NCBI GenBank assembly: GCA_963790025.1
Contig: CAWBMP010000005.1
Span: forward strand, 352,001-416,000
DNA length: 64,000 nt
Direction: 5' to 3'
DNA from: Nitrospirota bacterium
GTDB taxonomy: Bacteria > Nitrospirota > Thermodesulfovibrionia > Thermodesulfovibrionales > Dissulfurispiraceae
The notes below the pieces were generated by a model, which was given only the letters and a program-made list of their open reading frames with translations, had not been told where the DNA came from and searched no databases. Position 1 is the stretch's first letter. Every line of letters begins with the position of its first letter. This document shows positions 30,021 to 42,677 of the stretch, piece by piece. The position numbers and the translations under genes are program-made.

Positions 30021-31138
30021 TGATTTACCTGGACCACAATGCCACCACGCCTCTTGATGCAGAAGTAATAAAAACTATAATAGAAACGTTTCCTTACTAT
30101 GGCAATCCTTCAAGCAGCCACGACATGGGGATTACTGCAAAAGCTTTAATAGAGAACGCCAGGCAGCAGGTCGCGGGTTTAATTGGGGCAGGCCCCTCAG
30201 AAATTATTTTTACCTCGGGAGGGACGGAATCCAATAACCTGGCTATTATCGGGACGGCCTTCCGTTATGGTGAAGGGCACATAATAACCTCGGTTATCGA
30301 GCACCCGTCAGTGCTTAATCCCGTCAAGTGGCTTGAGGGAAAGGGCTTTGCAGCTACATATGTTCCGGTCGACGCTGAAGGACGGGTTGCCCCGGAAGAC
30401 ATAAGGGCCGCACTGAGGAAAGATACTATATTGATTACGGTCATGCACTCCAACAATGAGACCGGCGTTCTACAGCCGGTTGAGGAGATCGGACGTATTG
30501 CACGATCTGCCGGGATACTCTTCCATTCTGACGCGGCCCAGAGCGTCGGCAAGGTGGAAGTGGACGTGTCCAGGTTGATGGTTGACATGCTTACCATTGT
30601 TTCCCACAAATTTTACGGACCAAAGGGGACCGGCGCCCTTTATTTGAAAAATGGCGTTGCGCTCACGCCTGTTATGTTCGGCGCCTCTCATGAACGGGGC
30701 CTAAGGCCGGGCACCGAAAACACTCCTCTCATTGCCGGTCTTGGCAAGGCATGCGAAGCGGCGAAGATGGGGTTGACGGAACGTTATGCGCATACGCTGA
30801 CGCTCAGGGACACCATGCATGCCTTGCTCTCCGCGGGGCTGGAAGTCAGGCTGAATGGGCACCGTGAATTGAGGCTGCCCAACACATTAAATATTGTATT
30901 AAAGGGTGTCATAGCTGAAGATATAATAGCGCGACTGCATGATACGATTGCCCTCTCGACGGGCTCGGCTTGTCATGCCGGCATGCGTACGCCGTCACCG
31001 GTTTTAAAGGCAATGGGAGTTTGGGATTCCGACGCGCTGGCATCCGTACGCATAAGTGTCGGAAAGGACAATACCGCAGCGGAAATTGAACAGGCTGCTC
31101 AAATACTGATTGGATGTATCAAAAAGGACCGTTCTTAA
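30020..31138 (+). CDS. Cysteine desulfurase (IscS/NifS family)
   Basis: IYLDHNATTP, SHKFYGPKG, STGSACH. Confidence 0.95.
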   Translation: MIYLDHNATTPLDAEVIKTIIETFPYYGNPSSSHDMGITAKALIENARQQVAGLIGAGPSEIIFTSGGTESNNLAIIGTAFRYGEGHIITSVIEHPSVLNPVKWLEGKGFAATYVPVDAEGRVAPEDIRAALRKDTILITVMHSNNETGVLQPVEEIGRIARSAGILFHSDAAQSVGKVEVDVSRLMVDMLTIVSHKFYGPKGTGALYLKNGVALTPVMFGASHERGLRPGTENTPLIAGLGKACEAAKMGLTERYAHTLTLRDTMHALLSAGLEVRLNGHRELRLPNTLNIVLKGVIAEDIIARLHDTIALSTGSACHAGMRTPSPVLKAMGVWDSDALASVRISVGKDNTAAEIEQAAQILIGCIKKDRS

Positions 31139-31355
31139 TAATAAGTGGTTGTTTGTTAGATATATTTATTTGTCTACTATGAGTTATTTTCCGAGTGATA
31201 TTATTCAGTTCTGTCCTCTAATTTTATAGTTATATTTTGATTATATAATTATAAAAAATTATAATTGATAATTCATGACAAAATCTTGACAAAGATGTAC
31301 GCTTCTGTGGTATCGTTCTTATCAACGTCCTAAAAACCATTAAGAAGGTGACCAT

Positions 31356-31778
31356 ATGTTAGACTTTCACGCAATGTGGTTTTGTGTCCTCCTTGTCAAT
31401 TTCCTTGTTCTTCTCTTTATCCTGAATAAACTCCTTTTTCAACCTCTTGCAAGCATTTTTAAGGAGCGGGAAAAAGCAACCATCGGCGCTCTCGATGAGG
31501 CCAAAACCATGACCGAAAAGAAAGATCAGGCCGTAGCAAAAATGAACGTCGAATTGCTCGCGGCGAGAAACGCGGCAAAAGCTGCGTATGATGCTTTGAA
31601 AGAGGAGGGGCAGGCTGCGCAGAAAGAGACATTGTCAAAGGCCGAAGCACAGGCCGTGGCATTGATTGAGCAGGCGAAGAAGGAATTGCAGGCTGAAGCT
31701 GAAAAGGCGAGGGCCGCCTTAAAAGCAGATATCGAAAAATTCTCCGAGGAAATTGTAACAAAACTGGTGAAAGCATGA
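31356..31778 (+). CDS. ATP synthase F0 subunit b'
   Basis: TM plus Ala-rich coiled coil; first gene of the atp cluster. Confidence 0.9.
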   Translation: MLDFHAMWFCVLLVNFLVLLFILNKLLFQPLASIFKEREKATIGALDEAKTMTEKKDQAVAKMNVELLAARNAAKAAYDALKEEGQAAQKETLSKAEAQAVALIEQAKKELQAEAEKARAALKADIEKFSEEIVTKLVKA

Positions 31779-32386
31779 AAAAAATAACACAAACGGAATT
31801 TAAGTCTCATATGTTTCGTTTTTTGAGTTTTATCCTGGCTTGCGGCTTCTGGCTTCTGGCTTCCTCTGCTTATGTTTTTGCTGCTGAAGGAGGAGAGCAT
31901 GCCGGCTCCCCTCTGGAATGGGTCTGGCGTTTTCTTAATTTCGGCATCCTCGTATTTGTGCTTGTAAAATATGGCGGTAAACCCATGAAGGACTATTTCC
32001 AGCAGAGAAAGTCATTGATCGAGAAAAGCATACGGGAGGCGCAGGAGGCTAAAGCGCTTGCTGTAAAGGCACTCGCCGAGGTTGAAGAACGGCTTAAGCT
32101 TAAAGACAAGGAAATAGAGGAAATTAAGGCGGCTTCGGTCAGTTCGGGTGAACGTGAGAAGGCCCGGCTGATTGAGGACAGTGAACGGCTCAAGACAAAA
32201 ATACTTGAACAGGCCAAGTCCAATATCGAGTACGAGGTCAAAAAAGCGAAGGACGTCATCAGGGCAGAAGCGGTAGAGGCTGCAATGCAGCTTGCAGAAG
32301 AAAAAATCAAATCGAAAATGACCAAAGAGGACCAGGACAGGCTGTTGCAGGAATCACTCAAACTGTTAGAGGGTAATAAAAATTGA
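31775..32386 (+). CDS. atpF: ATP synthase F0 subunit b
   Basis: N-terminal extension, WRFLNFGIL TM, coiled coil. Confidence 0.92.
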   Translation: MKKITQTEFKSHMFRFLSFILACGFWLLASSAYVFAAEGGEHAGSPLEWVWRFLNFGILVFVLVKYGGKPMKDYFQQRKSLIEKSIREAQEAKALAVKALAEVEERLKLKDKEIEEIKAASVSSGEREKARLIEDSERLKTKILEQAKSNIEYEVKKAKDVIRAEAVEAAMQLAEEKIKSKMTKEDQDRLLQESLKLLEGNKN

Positions 32387-32922
32387 AAAAGATCAAGGGT
32401 GTGAAAAGATACGCAAAGCAATTCATAAGTGCCGTAGATTTGAATGAAGTGCCGCAGGGCATCGAACAGTTGAGCGCCATTGCCGATTTAATGGAGAAAG
32501 ACAAGAGCTTCAGAAACCTGATGATAAGTCCTGTCTTTAGCGTGGATGAGAGCGGGCGTATCATTACTTATTTAAGCGAGAAGCTCAAAATGTCCGACAA
32601 GGCCTCAAAATATCTTCATTATCTGGTGGAGTCCGGGGTGATTGGAGGGATTTCCGAGATAATTGGCGCCATACAGGCCCAGTATCTCGAGATCAAAAAG
32701 CGGTCTAAGGCCGTGGTCACTACGCCGGTGCAGGTGGGAAAGGAATATGTAACACAATTGTCCGGATCGCTGAAGCGGGTCACCGGCCGTGATATCGACA
32801 TAGAGTTTGTCGTTGACCCTTCGCTTCTGGGCGGCGTGAGTATACAGGTCGGCAGTACAATGTATGACAGTAGTATAAGAGGCCAGTTAGGGCTCTTAAA
32901 AGATAAGCTTATAAAGGGGTGA
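32383..32922 (+). CDS. atpH: ATP synthase delta subunit
   Basis: [14 protein letters not shown]...G..YD.SIR; TTG start. Confidence 0.93.
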   Translation: MKKIKGVKRYAKQFISAVDLNEVPQGIEQLSAIADLMEKDKSFRNLMISPVFSVDESGRIITYLSEKLKMSDKASKYLHYLVESGVIGGISEIIGAIQAQYLEIKKRSKAVVTTPVQVGKEYVTQLSGSLKRVTGRDIDIEFVVDPSLLGGVSIQVGSTMYDSSIRGQLGLLKDKLIKG

Positions 32923-32926
32923 TTGC

Positions 32927-34435
32927 ATGGAAATCAAGGTAGATGAGATTAGCGAGTATCTGAAGAAGCAGATAACCGATTTCGAGAAGCGCGTTGATGT
33001 CAGTGAGATAGGTGTCGTCGTCAGTGTCGGTGATGGTATCTCCAGGATTTACGGACTGGACAACTGCATGTCCTCCGAGCTTCTCGAGTTTCCCAATAAT
33101 GTCTTCGGCATGGCGCTCAACCTTGAGGAAGACATAGTTGGAGCCGTCCTTTTCGGCGAAGATACCGCCATCAAGGAAGGCGACGTTGTCAAAAGGACCG
33201 GAAAGATCATGTCTGTTCCGGCCGGAGAGGAAATGATCGGACGTGTTGTTAATGCTATAGGGCAGCCTATTGACGGCAAGGGTCCGATCAATGCAAAGAC
33301 AACCAGAATTGTTGATGTAGTTGCTCCCGGTATTGTTGACAGGCAGCCGGTCAGGGAGCCGCTCCAGACGGGATTAAAGGCTATTGACGCCATGATCCCT
33401 ATCGGAAGGGGACAGAGGGAGCTGATTATCGGCGACCGCCAGACAGGAAAAACAGCTATTGCCCTCGATGCGATTATTAATCAGAAGGGCGGCGATGTCG
33501 TCTGCATCTATGTTGCTATAGGCCAGAAAAGGGCGAGCGTCGCGCGCGTGGTGAAGACCCTGGAGCAGTATGGCGCTATGGAGCATACAATCGTGGTTTC
33601 GGCAACAGCCAGCGAGCCGGCCCCTCTTCAGTATATTGCCCCTTATACCGGATGCGCTCTCGGTGAATATTTCAGGGACAATAAGAGACATGCATTGATT
33701 ATATATGATGACTTGAGCAAACAGGCCACGTCATACAGACAGCTTTCGCTCATTCTGAGGCGTCCGCCCGGACGTGAGGCATTCCCCGGCGACGTGTTCT
33801 ATCTCCATTCAAGGCTGCTGGAAAGAGCTTCGAAACTTAGCGATGAACTCGGCGGAGGCTCACTTACCGCCCTTCCTATAATTGAGACGCAGGCCGGCGA
33901 CGTTTCCGCATATATTCCTACAAACGTTATTTCCATTACCGACGGACAAATTTACCTTGAGCCGGACCTCTTCTATGCCGGTATCAGGCCCGCGGTCAAC
34001 GTCGGCCTCTCCGTCAGCCGCGTCGGCAGTGCGGCACAGACAAAGGCGATGAAGCAGGTTGCCGGAACGCTAAGGCTCGATCTTGCACAGTTCAGGGAAC
34101 TCGCGGCATTTGCACAGTTCGGTTCAGACCTCGATAAATCTACAATGGCACAGATCGAGAGAGGAAAGAGGATGGTGGAGATCCTGAAGCAGGACCAGTA
34201 TGTACCGCTCCCGGTTGAGGACCAGGTCATGCTTCTCTTTGCAGGATCGCAGGGTCATCTTGATGATATTCCGGTCGAAGCATTGAAAAAGTTCGAAGCC
34301 GAATTTTTCAGCTTTATGAAGGACAGGAAAGCGGATCTGCGAAATGAAATCAGGGACAAAAAGGCGATTGATGACACGTTGAAAGAGAAACTCAACAGCG
34401 CCGTAGCAGAATTCAAGAAAGGCTTTGTTGCATAG
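32927..34435 (+). CDS. atpA: ATP synthase alpha subunit
   Basis: [31 protein letters not shown]. Confidence 0.99.
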   Translation: MEIKVDEISEYLKKQITDFEKRVDVSEIGVVVSVGDGISRIYGLDNCMSSELLEFPNNVFGMALNLEEDIVGAVLFGEDTAIKEGDVVKRTGKIMSVPAGEEMIGRVVNAIGQPIDGKGPINAKTTRIVDVVAPGIVDRQPVREPLQTGLKAIDAMIPIGRGQRELIIGDRQTGKTAIALDAIINQKGGDVVCIYVAIGQKRASVARVVKTLEQYGAMEHTIVVSATASEPAPLQYIAPYTGCALGEYFRDNKRHALIIYDDLSKQATSYRQLSLILRRPPGREAFPGDVFYLHSRLLERASKLSDELGGGSLTALPIIETQAGDVSAYIPTNVISITDGQIYLEPDLFYAGIRPAVNVGLSVSRVGSAAQTKAMKQVAGTLRLDLAQFRELAAFAQFGSDLDKSTMAQIERGKRMVEILKQDQYVPLPVEDQVMLLFAGSQGHLDDIPVEALKKFEAEFFSFMKDRKADLRNEIRDKKAIDDTLKEKLNSAVAEFKKGFVA

Positions 34436-34485
34436 AGGCTGATCGCTCAGCGCCAAAAATTAATTTTAAGGTTGAGGTATAAATA

Positions 34486-35364
34486 ATGCCTGGATTAAAA
34501 GAGATACGAAAGAGAATAGTGTCTGTTAAAAGTACAAAGCAGATTACAAAAGCCATGAAGATGGTTTCGGCAGCCAAGTTCAGGAAAGCGCAGACAAGGA
34601 TTTTCGAACTGCGGCCATATGCCGATAAGATGCACTCAGTCCTTAGCGGACTGGCCAGGACCGTTGAAACAGGACATCCCCTTCTTGAAGTCAGGCCGCG
34701 GAGAAAGGTCGAGGTTATGGTCCTCACGAGTGATAAAGGCCTTTGCGGCGCCTTTAACACCAACATTATGAAAGCCTCGATAAAAACTATCAAGGCCATT
34801 CAAGCTGACGGGGCAGAGGTAAGCGTCAGCGCCATCGGCAAGAAGGGAGTAGATCTTTTCAGGAGGGGAGGCTTTACTACGAGGCGCTCCTGGACAGGCA
34901 TTTCAGGCAGAATCAACTATATGAATGCAAAGGAAATCGCAGCGGACATTATAGAGAATTACACCGGCGAGCTATTTGACGAAGTCGTTCTTGTGTATAA
35001 CGAGTTCAAGTCAGCTCTCGTACAAAAGGTATCGGTAGTCCGCCTGCTGCCTCTTGCTCCGGTAGATGGCCACGCTGAACAGGCCGCTGCCCAGGAGGAG
35101 GCCACGGATTTTCTGTACGAGCCTTCCCAGCAGGCTATATTTGATGCACTGCTGCCCAAGAACCTTGAGATACAGGTTTTCAGGGCACTCCTTGAGTCAC
35201 AGGCATCGGAAGAAGCGGCCCGCATGACCTCAATGGAAAATGCGACGAAGGCAGCGGACGACATGATCGCCGCTTTGACTTTGCAATACAACAAGGCACG
35301 TCAGGCGGCCATTACGAAGGAATTGATGGATATTGTCGGCGGTTCCGAAGCACTGAAACAGTAA
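34486..35364 (+). CDS. atpG: ATP synthase gamma subunit
   Basis: QITKAMKMVSAAK, DKGLCGAFN, YNKARQAAITKE. Confidence 0.99.
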   Translation: MPGLKEIRKRIVSVKSTKQITKAMKMVSAAKFRKAQTRIFELRPYADKMHSVLSGLARTVETGHPLLEVRPRRKVEVMVLTSDKGLCGAFNTNIMKASIKTIKAIQADGAEVSVSAIGKKGVDLFRRGGFTTRRSWTGISGRINYMNAKEIAADIIENYTGELFDEVVLVYNEFKSALVQKVSVVRLLPLAPVDGHAEQAAAQEEATDFLYEPSQQAIFDALLPKNLEIQVFRALLESQASEEAARMTSMENATKAADDMIAALTLQYNKARQAAITKELMDIVGGSEALKQ

Positions 35365-36813
<1,449 letters not shown>

Positions 36814-36831
36814 CGTTGACAGGAGTTTGGA

Positions 36832-37242
36832 ATGGACAATAAGATACGGCTGGATATTGTAACGCCTTACGGACTTATACTGAGCGAGGATGTCGATGAG
36901 CTAACTGCCACGGGTACCGAGGGCGAGTTTGGCGTACTTCCCGGTCACGTGCCGTTCATCACGACTCTGAGCATCGGTATGCTCATCATCAAGAAAGACG
37001 GCAAAACGGAATACGTTTTTGTGAGTTCAGGGTATGCTGAAGTGACCTTTGAAAAAGTGGTGGTCCTTGCCGATAGCGCCGAGAAGGCGGAGGACATAGA
37101 CGTCGACAGGGCACTCGCAGCCAGAAAACGGGCTGAAGAAAGGCTTGCACAGACCGAGAAGGTTGATTTTGCGCGTGCCACTGCTGCGGTTGAAAGGTCA
37201 ACCATAAGAATCCAGGTAGCAGAGAAAAAATCGGCCAGATAA
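36832..37242 (+). CDS. atpC: ATP synthase epsilon subunit
   Basis: DIVTP, GEFGVLPGH, C-terminal helices. Confidence 0.97.
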   Translation: MDNKIRLDIVTPYGLILSEDVDELTATGTEGEFGVLPGHVPFITTLSIGMLIIKKDGKTEYVFVSSGYAEVTFEKVVVLADSAEKAEDIDVDRALAARKRAEERLAQTEKVDFARATAAVERSTIRIQVAEKKSAR

Positions 37243-37257
37243 TAAAGATTATTAACG

Positions 37258-37290
37258 TAAAGGGACGGCGTTATGCGCCGTCCCTTTTTT
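37258..37290 (+). terminator. Rho-independent terminator of atp operon
   Basis: AGGGACGGCG-TTATG-CGCCGTCCCT followed by a T-run. Confidence 0.9.
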
Positions 37291-37305
37291 ATTCTGAAAT
37301 AAACC

Positions 37306-37638
37306 ATGTCTGACGAAAAATCTAAATTGGTTTACTCTACGGAACAGGCCATATCCAGGAAGGAGAAGCCAGTTGAAAAAATCCTTCACGATGTGCGTCC
37401 TGCGCAGCAGAGGGTGACTGTCCGGCTTGACAGGAAAGGAAGGAGCGGGAAAACAGTCACGGTTGTCGACGGTCTCCATATGACGCAAAATAATATGGAA
37501 GGATTGCTCAGGCAGTTGAAGGCGCAACTCGGCGCCGGCGGCACGGTTAAGGACACTTCCCTCGAAATTCAGGGCGACCACCGCGACATGCTGATGTCGG
37601 TGTTGGAGAGGATGGGCCACACACCGAAACGATCATGA
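37306..37638 (+). CDS. yciH: Translation initiation factor SUI1/YciH family
   Basis: LVYST, RKGRSGKTVTVV, GAGGTVKD, IQGDHR. Confidence 0.93.
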   Translation: MSDEKSKLVYSTEQAISRKEKPVEKILHDVRPAQQRVTVRLDRKGRSGKTVTVVDGLHMTQNNMEGLLRQLKAQLGAGGTVKDTSLEIQGDHRDMLMSVLERMGHTPKRS

Positions 37639-37658
37639 TGAGGAGGACCTCCAACTAT

Positions 37659-38855
37659 TTATAGTCTTCTTCTGAAGAACGAGAAAAAGTATTCTTTAAT
37701 TTTTTCCTGCAGCGGTCTTCTGCGCCATTCTTCCCCATCTATTTTTGCAGAGTGCTTCAGGTCTTCCTCAAACAGGTCATTCATTTTTGACGCGACGTTA
37801 AGATCGAGAATGCCCACATTGCCTTCGTCGTTGTAGCGCAGAGACTGGAAATCCAGATTGGTGGAACCGATGATCCCCCAGCATTCGTCGAAAAGGGAGG
37901 TTTTCGCATGGAGCATTTCTCCGGCATAGCAATAGATTTCAACTCCGGCCTTCAGGAGCCTGGTAAAAAAAGCCCGCCCAGCATATGCTGCCGGAGGAAC
38001 GTCGGTTATCCCGGGCACAAGCAGCCTGACGCGCACTCCACGTGCCACGGCCTGCTCAAGAGTCTCAACCATTCTCCGGCTGGGCGTGAAATATGCGGTA
38101 GTCAAAGCGATGTTTTTTCGGGCATGGTTGATGCTGTAATAGAGCAGACGCCTCATCTTTCTCCTGCCTTTAGCTGCATTTACGAAAATGGGCATAACCG
38201 GAATGGCAAAACCTTCAGCGCCGTACCCGCGGCCCGATAAGTGCTCGTCCTGGCTGATCTCTGGACCGGAACTCCCTGCGGCATCTCTGGACCAGGCAAC
38301 CCAGTTCTTTCTGAAACCCTTGAAGAGCTCATACACTACCGGACCTTCGAGCATTATGCCGGTGTCCCGCCATCCCTTAATCTTGAGCCTCAGATGGAAC
38401 CCGCTATATTCGTTTGCGATGTTCAGTCCCCCGGTAAATGCCTTATGAGTATCGATCACAATAAGCTTCCGGTGGTTCCGGTGTACATAATGGAAGGGTG
38501 AAATCCATTTAAACGGGTGCGATGCCGCTATCCTGATGCCCGATTTTTTCATGTCTTCCCAGAAGCTCCGCGGTGTTCCGATAGAGCCGAAATGGTCGTA
38601 CAGCAGGTAAACCTGCACGCCGTTCCGGCTCTTCTGTTTCAGGATTTCGGCCAGCTCACAGCCGGTCTCGTCATTTCTGAATATATAAAATTCAAGGCAG
38701 ATGAGCCGTTGAGCGTCCCGGACAGCATCAAAAATGGTAGTAAAGGATTCCCTTCCCTTCCATAGGAGTCTTATGTGGCTTGCGGTGGAAAACCTTTCCT
38801 TCACGATACCTTCGATAGACGGTGCGGTGAATGTCTCAGTCAATTCGGCAGCCAT
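37659..38855 (-). CDS. Phospholipase D family / cardiolipin synthase (ClsB-like)
   Basis: Two HKD motifs: HRKLIVID and HAKTSLFD. Confidence 0.92.
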   Translation of the reverse strand: MAAELTETFTAPSIEGIVKERFSTASHIRLLWKGRESFTTIFDAVRDAQRLICLEFYIFRNDETGCELAEILKQKSRNGVQVYLLYDHFGSIGTPRSFWEDMKKSGIRIAASHPFKWISPFHYVHRNHRKLIVIDTHKAFTGGLNIANEYSGFHLRLKIKGWRDTGIMLEGPVVYELFKGFRKNWVAWSRDAAGSSGPEISQDEHLSGRGYGAEGFAIPVMPIFVNAAKGRRKMRRLLYYSINHARKNIALTTAYFTPSRRMVETLEQAVARGVRVRLLVPGITDVPPAAYAGRAFFTRLLKAGVEIYCYAGEMLHAKTSLFDECWGIIGSTNLDFQSLRYNDEGNVGILDLNVASKMNDLFEEDLKHSAKIDGEEWRRRPLQEKIKEYFFSFFRRRL

Positions 38856-39065
38856 GTTGTTTCCGTTGTTGTACAGAAATCCATCTTAAGTTAGCGTACC
38901 GCATTCGGCGTGCTTTTTCAACGGGCATGATGTGTAGTGGGTCAAAATACATTTATTTATTTATACCCGCGGGAAATGGTATTTTAGTAGTGTTCGGGAT
39001 TTCCTGAATAAGGGCCTGTTGAGTTATTTTCACCGGCCATAGAATAAACAGTATGGAGGTCTTCA

Positions 39066-41501
39066 ATGGCAAGGTCTCAGAAAATGTTTCAGGAATCTCT
39101 CATCGATCACCTTACCTTCTCTCTCGCAAAAGATACATACTCTGCCACCCAGAGAGACAAATTTGATGCGGCTGTGTTGGCCGTAAGAGATTGCATGGTT
39201 GAACAGTGGATTAAAACCCAGGAGCGTTATTACGATGTTCAGGCAAAAAGGCTATATTATCTTTCGCTCGAATTTCTTCTGGGCAGGCTTTTAGGCAGCT
39301 ATATCAGCAACCTTGGACTGTTCGGAGAAAATGAGCAGGCATTTAATGCTTTTGGGTTATCATATGATGATATTGTTGAGCTTGAATGGGATGCCGGCCT
39401 GGGTAACGGCGGTCTCGGGAGGCTCGCTGCATGTTTTCTTGACTCGCTGTCCACGCTTCAATATCCTGCCTATGGTTATGGCATTAGATATGAGTATGGT
39501 ATTTTTTTACAGAAGATCAGAGACGGTTTTCAGGTTGAAACGCCGGATAACTGGCTAAGATATGGCAGCCAGTGGGAATTCCCGAGGCCGGAAGTATTGT
39601 ACCCGGTCCGGTTCTTCGGCAAAGTCAATTCCATTAATTATGGAAGCGGCCGGATGCGCATGGTATGGACCGACACAGAAGATGTCATGGCGATGGCTTA
39701 CGACTATCCGGTCCCCGGATTTCGCAACGACACGGTCAATACTCTCCGTCTCTGGTCTGCAAAGTCAAGCCGTGATTTTAATCTGGAATATTTCAATAGC
39801 GGTGATTATATCAAGGCAGTGGAAGACAAGAACAACAGTGAGAACATCTCCAAAGTCCTTTATCCTGACGACCAATCACTTGCCGGAAAGGAACTGCGTC
39901 TCAAACAGCAATATTTCTTTGTTGCGGCAACATTAAGAGATATCATCAGGAGATACAGGAAGTCTCATAAAACGTACGTCGAGTTTCCTGATAACGTTGC
40001 CGTTCAGCTCAACGATACACACCCTTCCATAGCCATTGCAGAACTGATGCGCATTCTGGTCGATGAGGAAAGCATCAGCTGGGAAGATGCGTGGGACATA
40101 ACAACTAAAACCTTTGCCTATACAAATCACACGGTCTTGCCGGAAGCCCTGGAGATATGGTCCGAAGGGCTGATGGGACATCTTTTGCCCCGCCACCTGC
40201 AGATCATTCAGGAGATTGACAGAAGATTATTAATAGAGGTAAACACGCAATTCCCCGGCGAACATGAGCGCGCGAGGAACATGGCCCTGATAACGGGGGA
40301 TGGTGAGAGATGGGTGCACATGGCGCGTCTTGCGATAGCCGGAAGTCATACGGTCAACGGTGTTTCGGAGCTGCATTCCAGTATTTTAAAAGAAAAGGTG
40401 TTCAATAGTTTTTACACGATGTCTCCGGACAAATTCCGGAATGTGACAAACGGCATTACTCCAAGGCGCTGGCTTTTGGAAGCGAACCGACCGCTTTCAC
40501 GACTGATAACGGAAGCCATTGGAGATCTGTGGACAAAGGACCTCGATGAGCTGGAAAAGCTCGAACCCCTTGCCGATGATAGTGAATTTTGCAAACATTT
40601 CCGCGAGGTCAAGGAAACGAATAAGATTGCCTTGTCCAACTATCTTGGTTTGACCGCTAAATTGTCATTTCGTCATCAGTATCTCCTGGATTGTCAGGTC
40701 AAGCGGTTGCATGAATACAAGCGGCAATTGCTGAATGTATTACATGCCATAACCCTTTACAACAGGCTCAGGGAAGGAAGGGTCGACGAGACATTCACCC
40801 CTAGAACTATCCTGTTTGCAGGAAAAGCGGCGCCAGGATACTACCTCTGCAAACTGATCATTAAACTGATACACGCTGTTGCCGATACGATTGCAGCACA
40901 TCCTTTGGTGAGGGAGAAACTACAGGTAATGTTTGTCCCTAACTACAACGTTTCTCTGGCCGGGCGTATTATCCCTGCTGCAGATCTGTCCGAACAGATT
41001 TCGACTGCCGGGCTTGAAGCTTCCGGGACCGGCAATATGAAATTTACCCTGAATGGGGCCTTAACGATCGGCACACTTGATGGGGCTAATGTCGAAATAC
41101 GGGAACAGGTCGGCGCTGAGAACTTTTTCCTCTTCGGACTTAAAGCCGAAGAAGTTATGGCGATGAGTTCCGGCTACAACCCCCAGCAATATTATGAGAC
41201 GGAAGGGGAGCTTCGTCAGGCCATCAATCAGATACTCGAAGGCCACTTTTCACATGAAAACCAGGGTCTTTTTCATCCGATCGTCAGGTCCCTTCTGGAT
41301 GGGGACAGGTTTTTTGTTTTGGCCGATTATGCTTCATATATCAGTTGTCAGGATAACGTAGCCAACGTCTATAAAGATAAAGACAGGTGGACCAAAATGG
41401 CAATACTGAATGTTGCCCGTTCAGGCAAATTTTCGAGTGACAGGGCCATTCGGGAGTATGCAGAAAACATCTGGCATATATCTGCAGTACAAATAATGTA
41501 A
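39066..41501 (+). CDS. glgP: Glycogen/alpha-glucan phosphorylase
   Basis: GLGNGGLGRLAAC, QLNDTHP, EASGTGNMKF. Confidence 0.98.
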   Translation: MARSQKMFQESLIDHLTFSLAKDTYSATQRDKFDAAVLAVRDCMVEQWIKTQERYYDVQAKRLYYLSLEFLLGRLLGSYISNLGLFGENEQAFNAFGLSYDDIVELEWDAGLGNGGLGRLAACFLDSLSTLQYPAYGYGIRYEYGIFLQKIRDGFQVETPDNWLRYGSQWEFPRPEVLYPVRFFGKVNSINYGSGRMRMVWTDTEDVMAMAYDYPVPGFRNDTVNTLRLWSAKSSRDFNLEYFNSGDYIKAVEDKNNSENISKVLYPDDQSLAGKELRLKQQYFFVAATLRDIIRRYRKSHKTYVEFPDNVAVQLNDTHPSIAIAELMRILVDEESISWEDAWDITTKTFAYTNHTVLPEALEIWSEGLMGHLLPRHLQIIQEIDRRLLIEVNTQFPGEHERARNMALITGDGERWVHMARLAIAGSHTVNGVSELHSSILKEKVFNSFYTMSPDKFRNVTNGITPRRWLLEANRPLSRLITEAIGDLWTKDLDELEKLEPLADDSEFCKHFREVKETNKIALSNYLGLTAKLSFRHQYLLDCQVKRLHEYKRQLLNVLHAITLYNRLREGRVDETFTPRTILFAGKAAPGYYLCKLIIKLIHAVADTIAAHPLVREKLQVMFVPNYNVSLAGRIIPAADLSEQISTAGLEASGTGNMKFTLNGALTIGTLDGANVEIREQVGAENFFLFGLKAEEVMAMSSGYNPQQYYETEGELRQAINQILEGHFSHENQGLFHPIVRSLLDGDRFFVLADYASYISCQDNVANVYKDKDRWTKMAILNVARSGKFSSDRAIREYAENIWHISAVQIM

Positions 41502-41597
41502 GAAGTAAAAAGTAAAAAGTAAAAAGTGAAGGCACAAAGTAATGACGTTTTTTTATTGTTCCGTGCTTTTTACATTTTTGACTTTTTACTTTTTGTC
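41498..41597. repeat. Tandem-heptamer palindrome (GTAAAAA units)
   Basis: GTAAGAA GTAAAAA x3 GTGAAGG ... TTTTTAC ATTTTTGAC TTTTTAC TTTTTGTC. Confidence 0.8.
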
Positions 41598-41616
41598 TTT
41601 GTTTTTTGGGGGGACC

Positions 41617-42354
41617 ATGATTATTCTTGAAAACATTACGATGACCAGGTTCAGGAAGTTTTTGCGTCATACGAAAACTATTGTTTTTCCATTCGGCACT
41701 ATAGAGGAGCACGGCAGCCATCTTCCGCTGAACACGGATTCTCTAATCATTTACGAGGCGCTTAAACGGGTGGAAAGGAAAAAGGATTTTTTCGTAGCGC
41801 CGGTTGTTGATTACGGGGTTTGTACAACGACAAAAGATCACCCCGGGACCCTCAGCATCTCTCCTGAAACGCTCAGATTTCTCTCAAGAGATCTTGTGAC
41901 CGAAGCATATAAAAAGGGACTTAGAAAATTCGTGCTCGTCTCCGGCCATGGGGGCGGCCTCCACATGGCGGCACTGAAGGAAACCGCGGAAGACCTTGTC
42001 GAACTGCTTGAGGAGATAACAATCGCTGTATTTACCCCGTACGATATGCTATGGAAGGAACTCTCCGCAATAACCGAGACCCCCAACGATTCACACGCGG
42101 GAGAACTTGAAACGTCAATGGTGCTGTACCTCTCTCCGGAACTGGTCGATGGGAGGGCTAGGGAGGAATATCCGAAAATACCGAGGCCCCTGATCGTAAG
42201 AAACAAAGTGAGTTACTGGCCCGGCGGTGTATGGGGAAATCCCGGTAAGGCATCAGCGTCAAAAGGCGAAAAGGCAGTGGCCCTGATTGCAGCCAAGATC
42301 AGTGAAGTGCTTGATGTGATTGAAAGGGAGGGGAGCAAGGGGCGGCGGCATTAG
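41617..42354 (+). CDS. Creatininase family amidohydrolase
   Basis: PFGTIEEHGSHLPLNTD, SGHGG, HAGELETS; ATG 41617. Confidence 0.92.
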   Translation: MIILENITMTRFRKFLRHTKTIVFPFGTIEEHGSHLPLNTDSLIIYEALKRVERKKDFFVAPVVDYGVCTTTKDHPGTLSISPETLRFLSRDLVTEAYKKGLRKFVLVSGHGGGLHMAALKETAEDLVELLEEITIAVFTPYDMLWKELSAITETPNDSHAGELETSMVLYLSPELVDGRAREEYPKIPRPLIVRNKVSYWPGGVWGNPGKASASKGEKAVALIAAKISEVLDVIEREGSKGRRH

Positions 42355-42564
42355 TATAAATCAGATTACCAAGTTTATATAAAACTCCAAACTCGCCGAA
42401 GGTCATCCACCACTATCACTTTTGCTCCCGTAACATACAGGTTTGAATCATAGGCCTTTATGCGGGTTACCCGAAAACAACTGTTGTTTCCCGACAAGTT
42501 TTTTTGGCTTTCATAGTGAATACTCAATTATAGCAGGCGAATTGTTAAGTTCAAATTGAAATAT

Positions 42565-42620
42565 GGGAACAACCAACATATTTGTTTACAACCTCCCCGA
42601 GATAATATGCTGGTTGTCCC
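42565..42620. repeat. Imperfect inverted repeat downstream of the MCP gene (possible terminator)
   Basis: GGGAACAACCAACATATT ... AATATGCTGGTTGTCCC. Confidence 0.55.
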
Positions 42621-42677
42621 CTTTATTTCTCCAGATCTTCAGAATGAGCGATTATCAATATGTAATAGAAGGTGCCT

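Noticed and set aside
31286..31316. TTGACA...TATCGT as the atp promoter
   Set aside because: Spacing is 19 nt; plausible but not supportable as a precise call.
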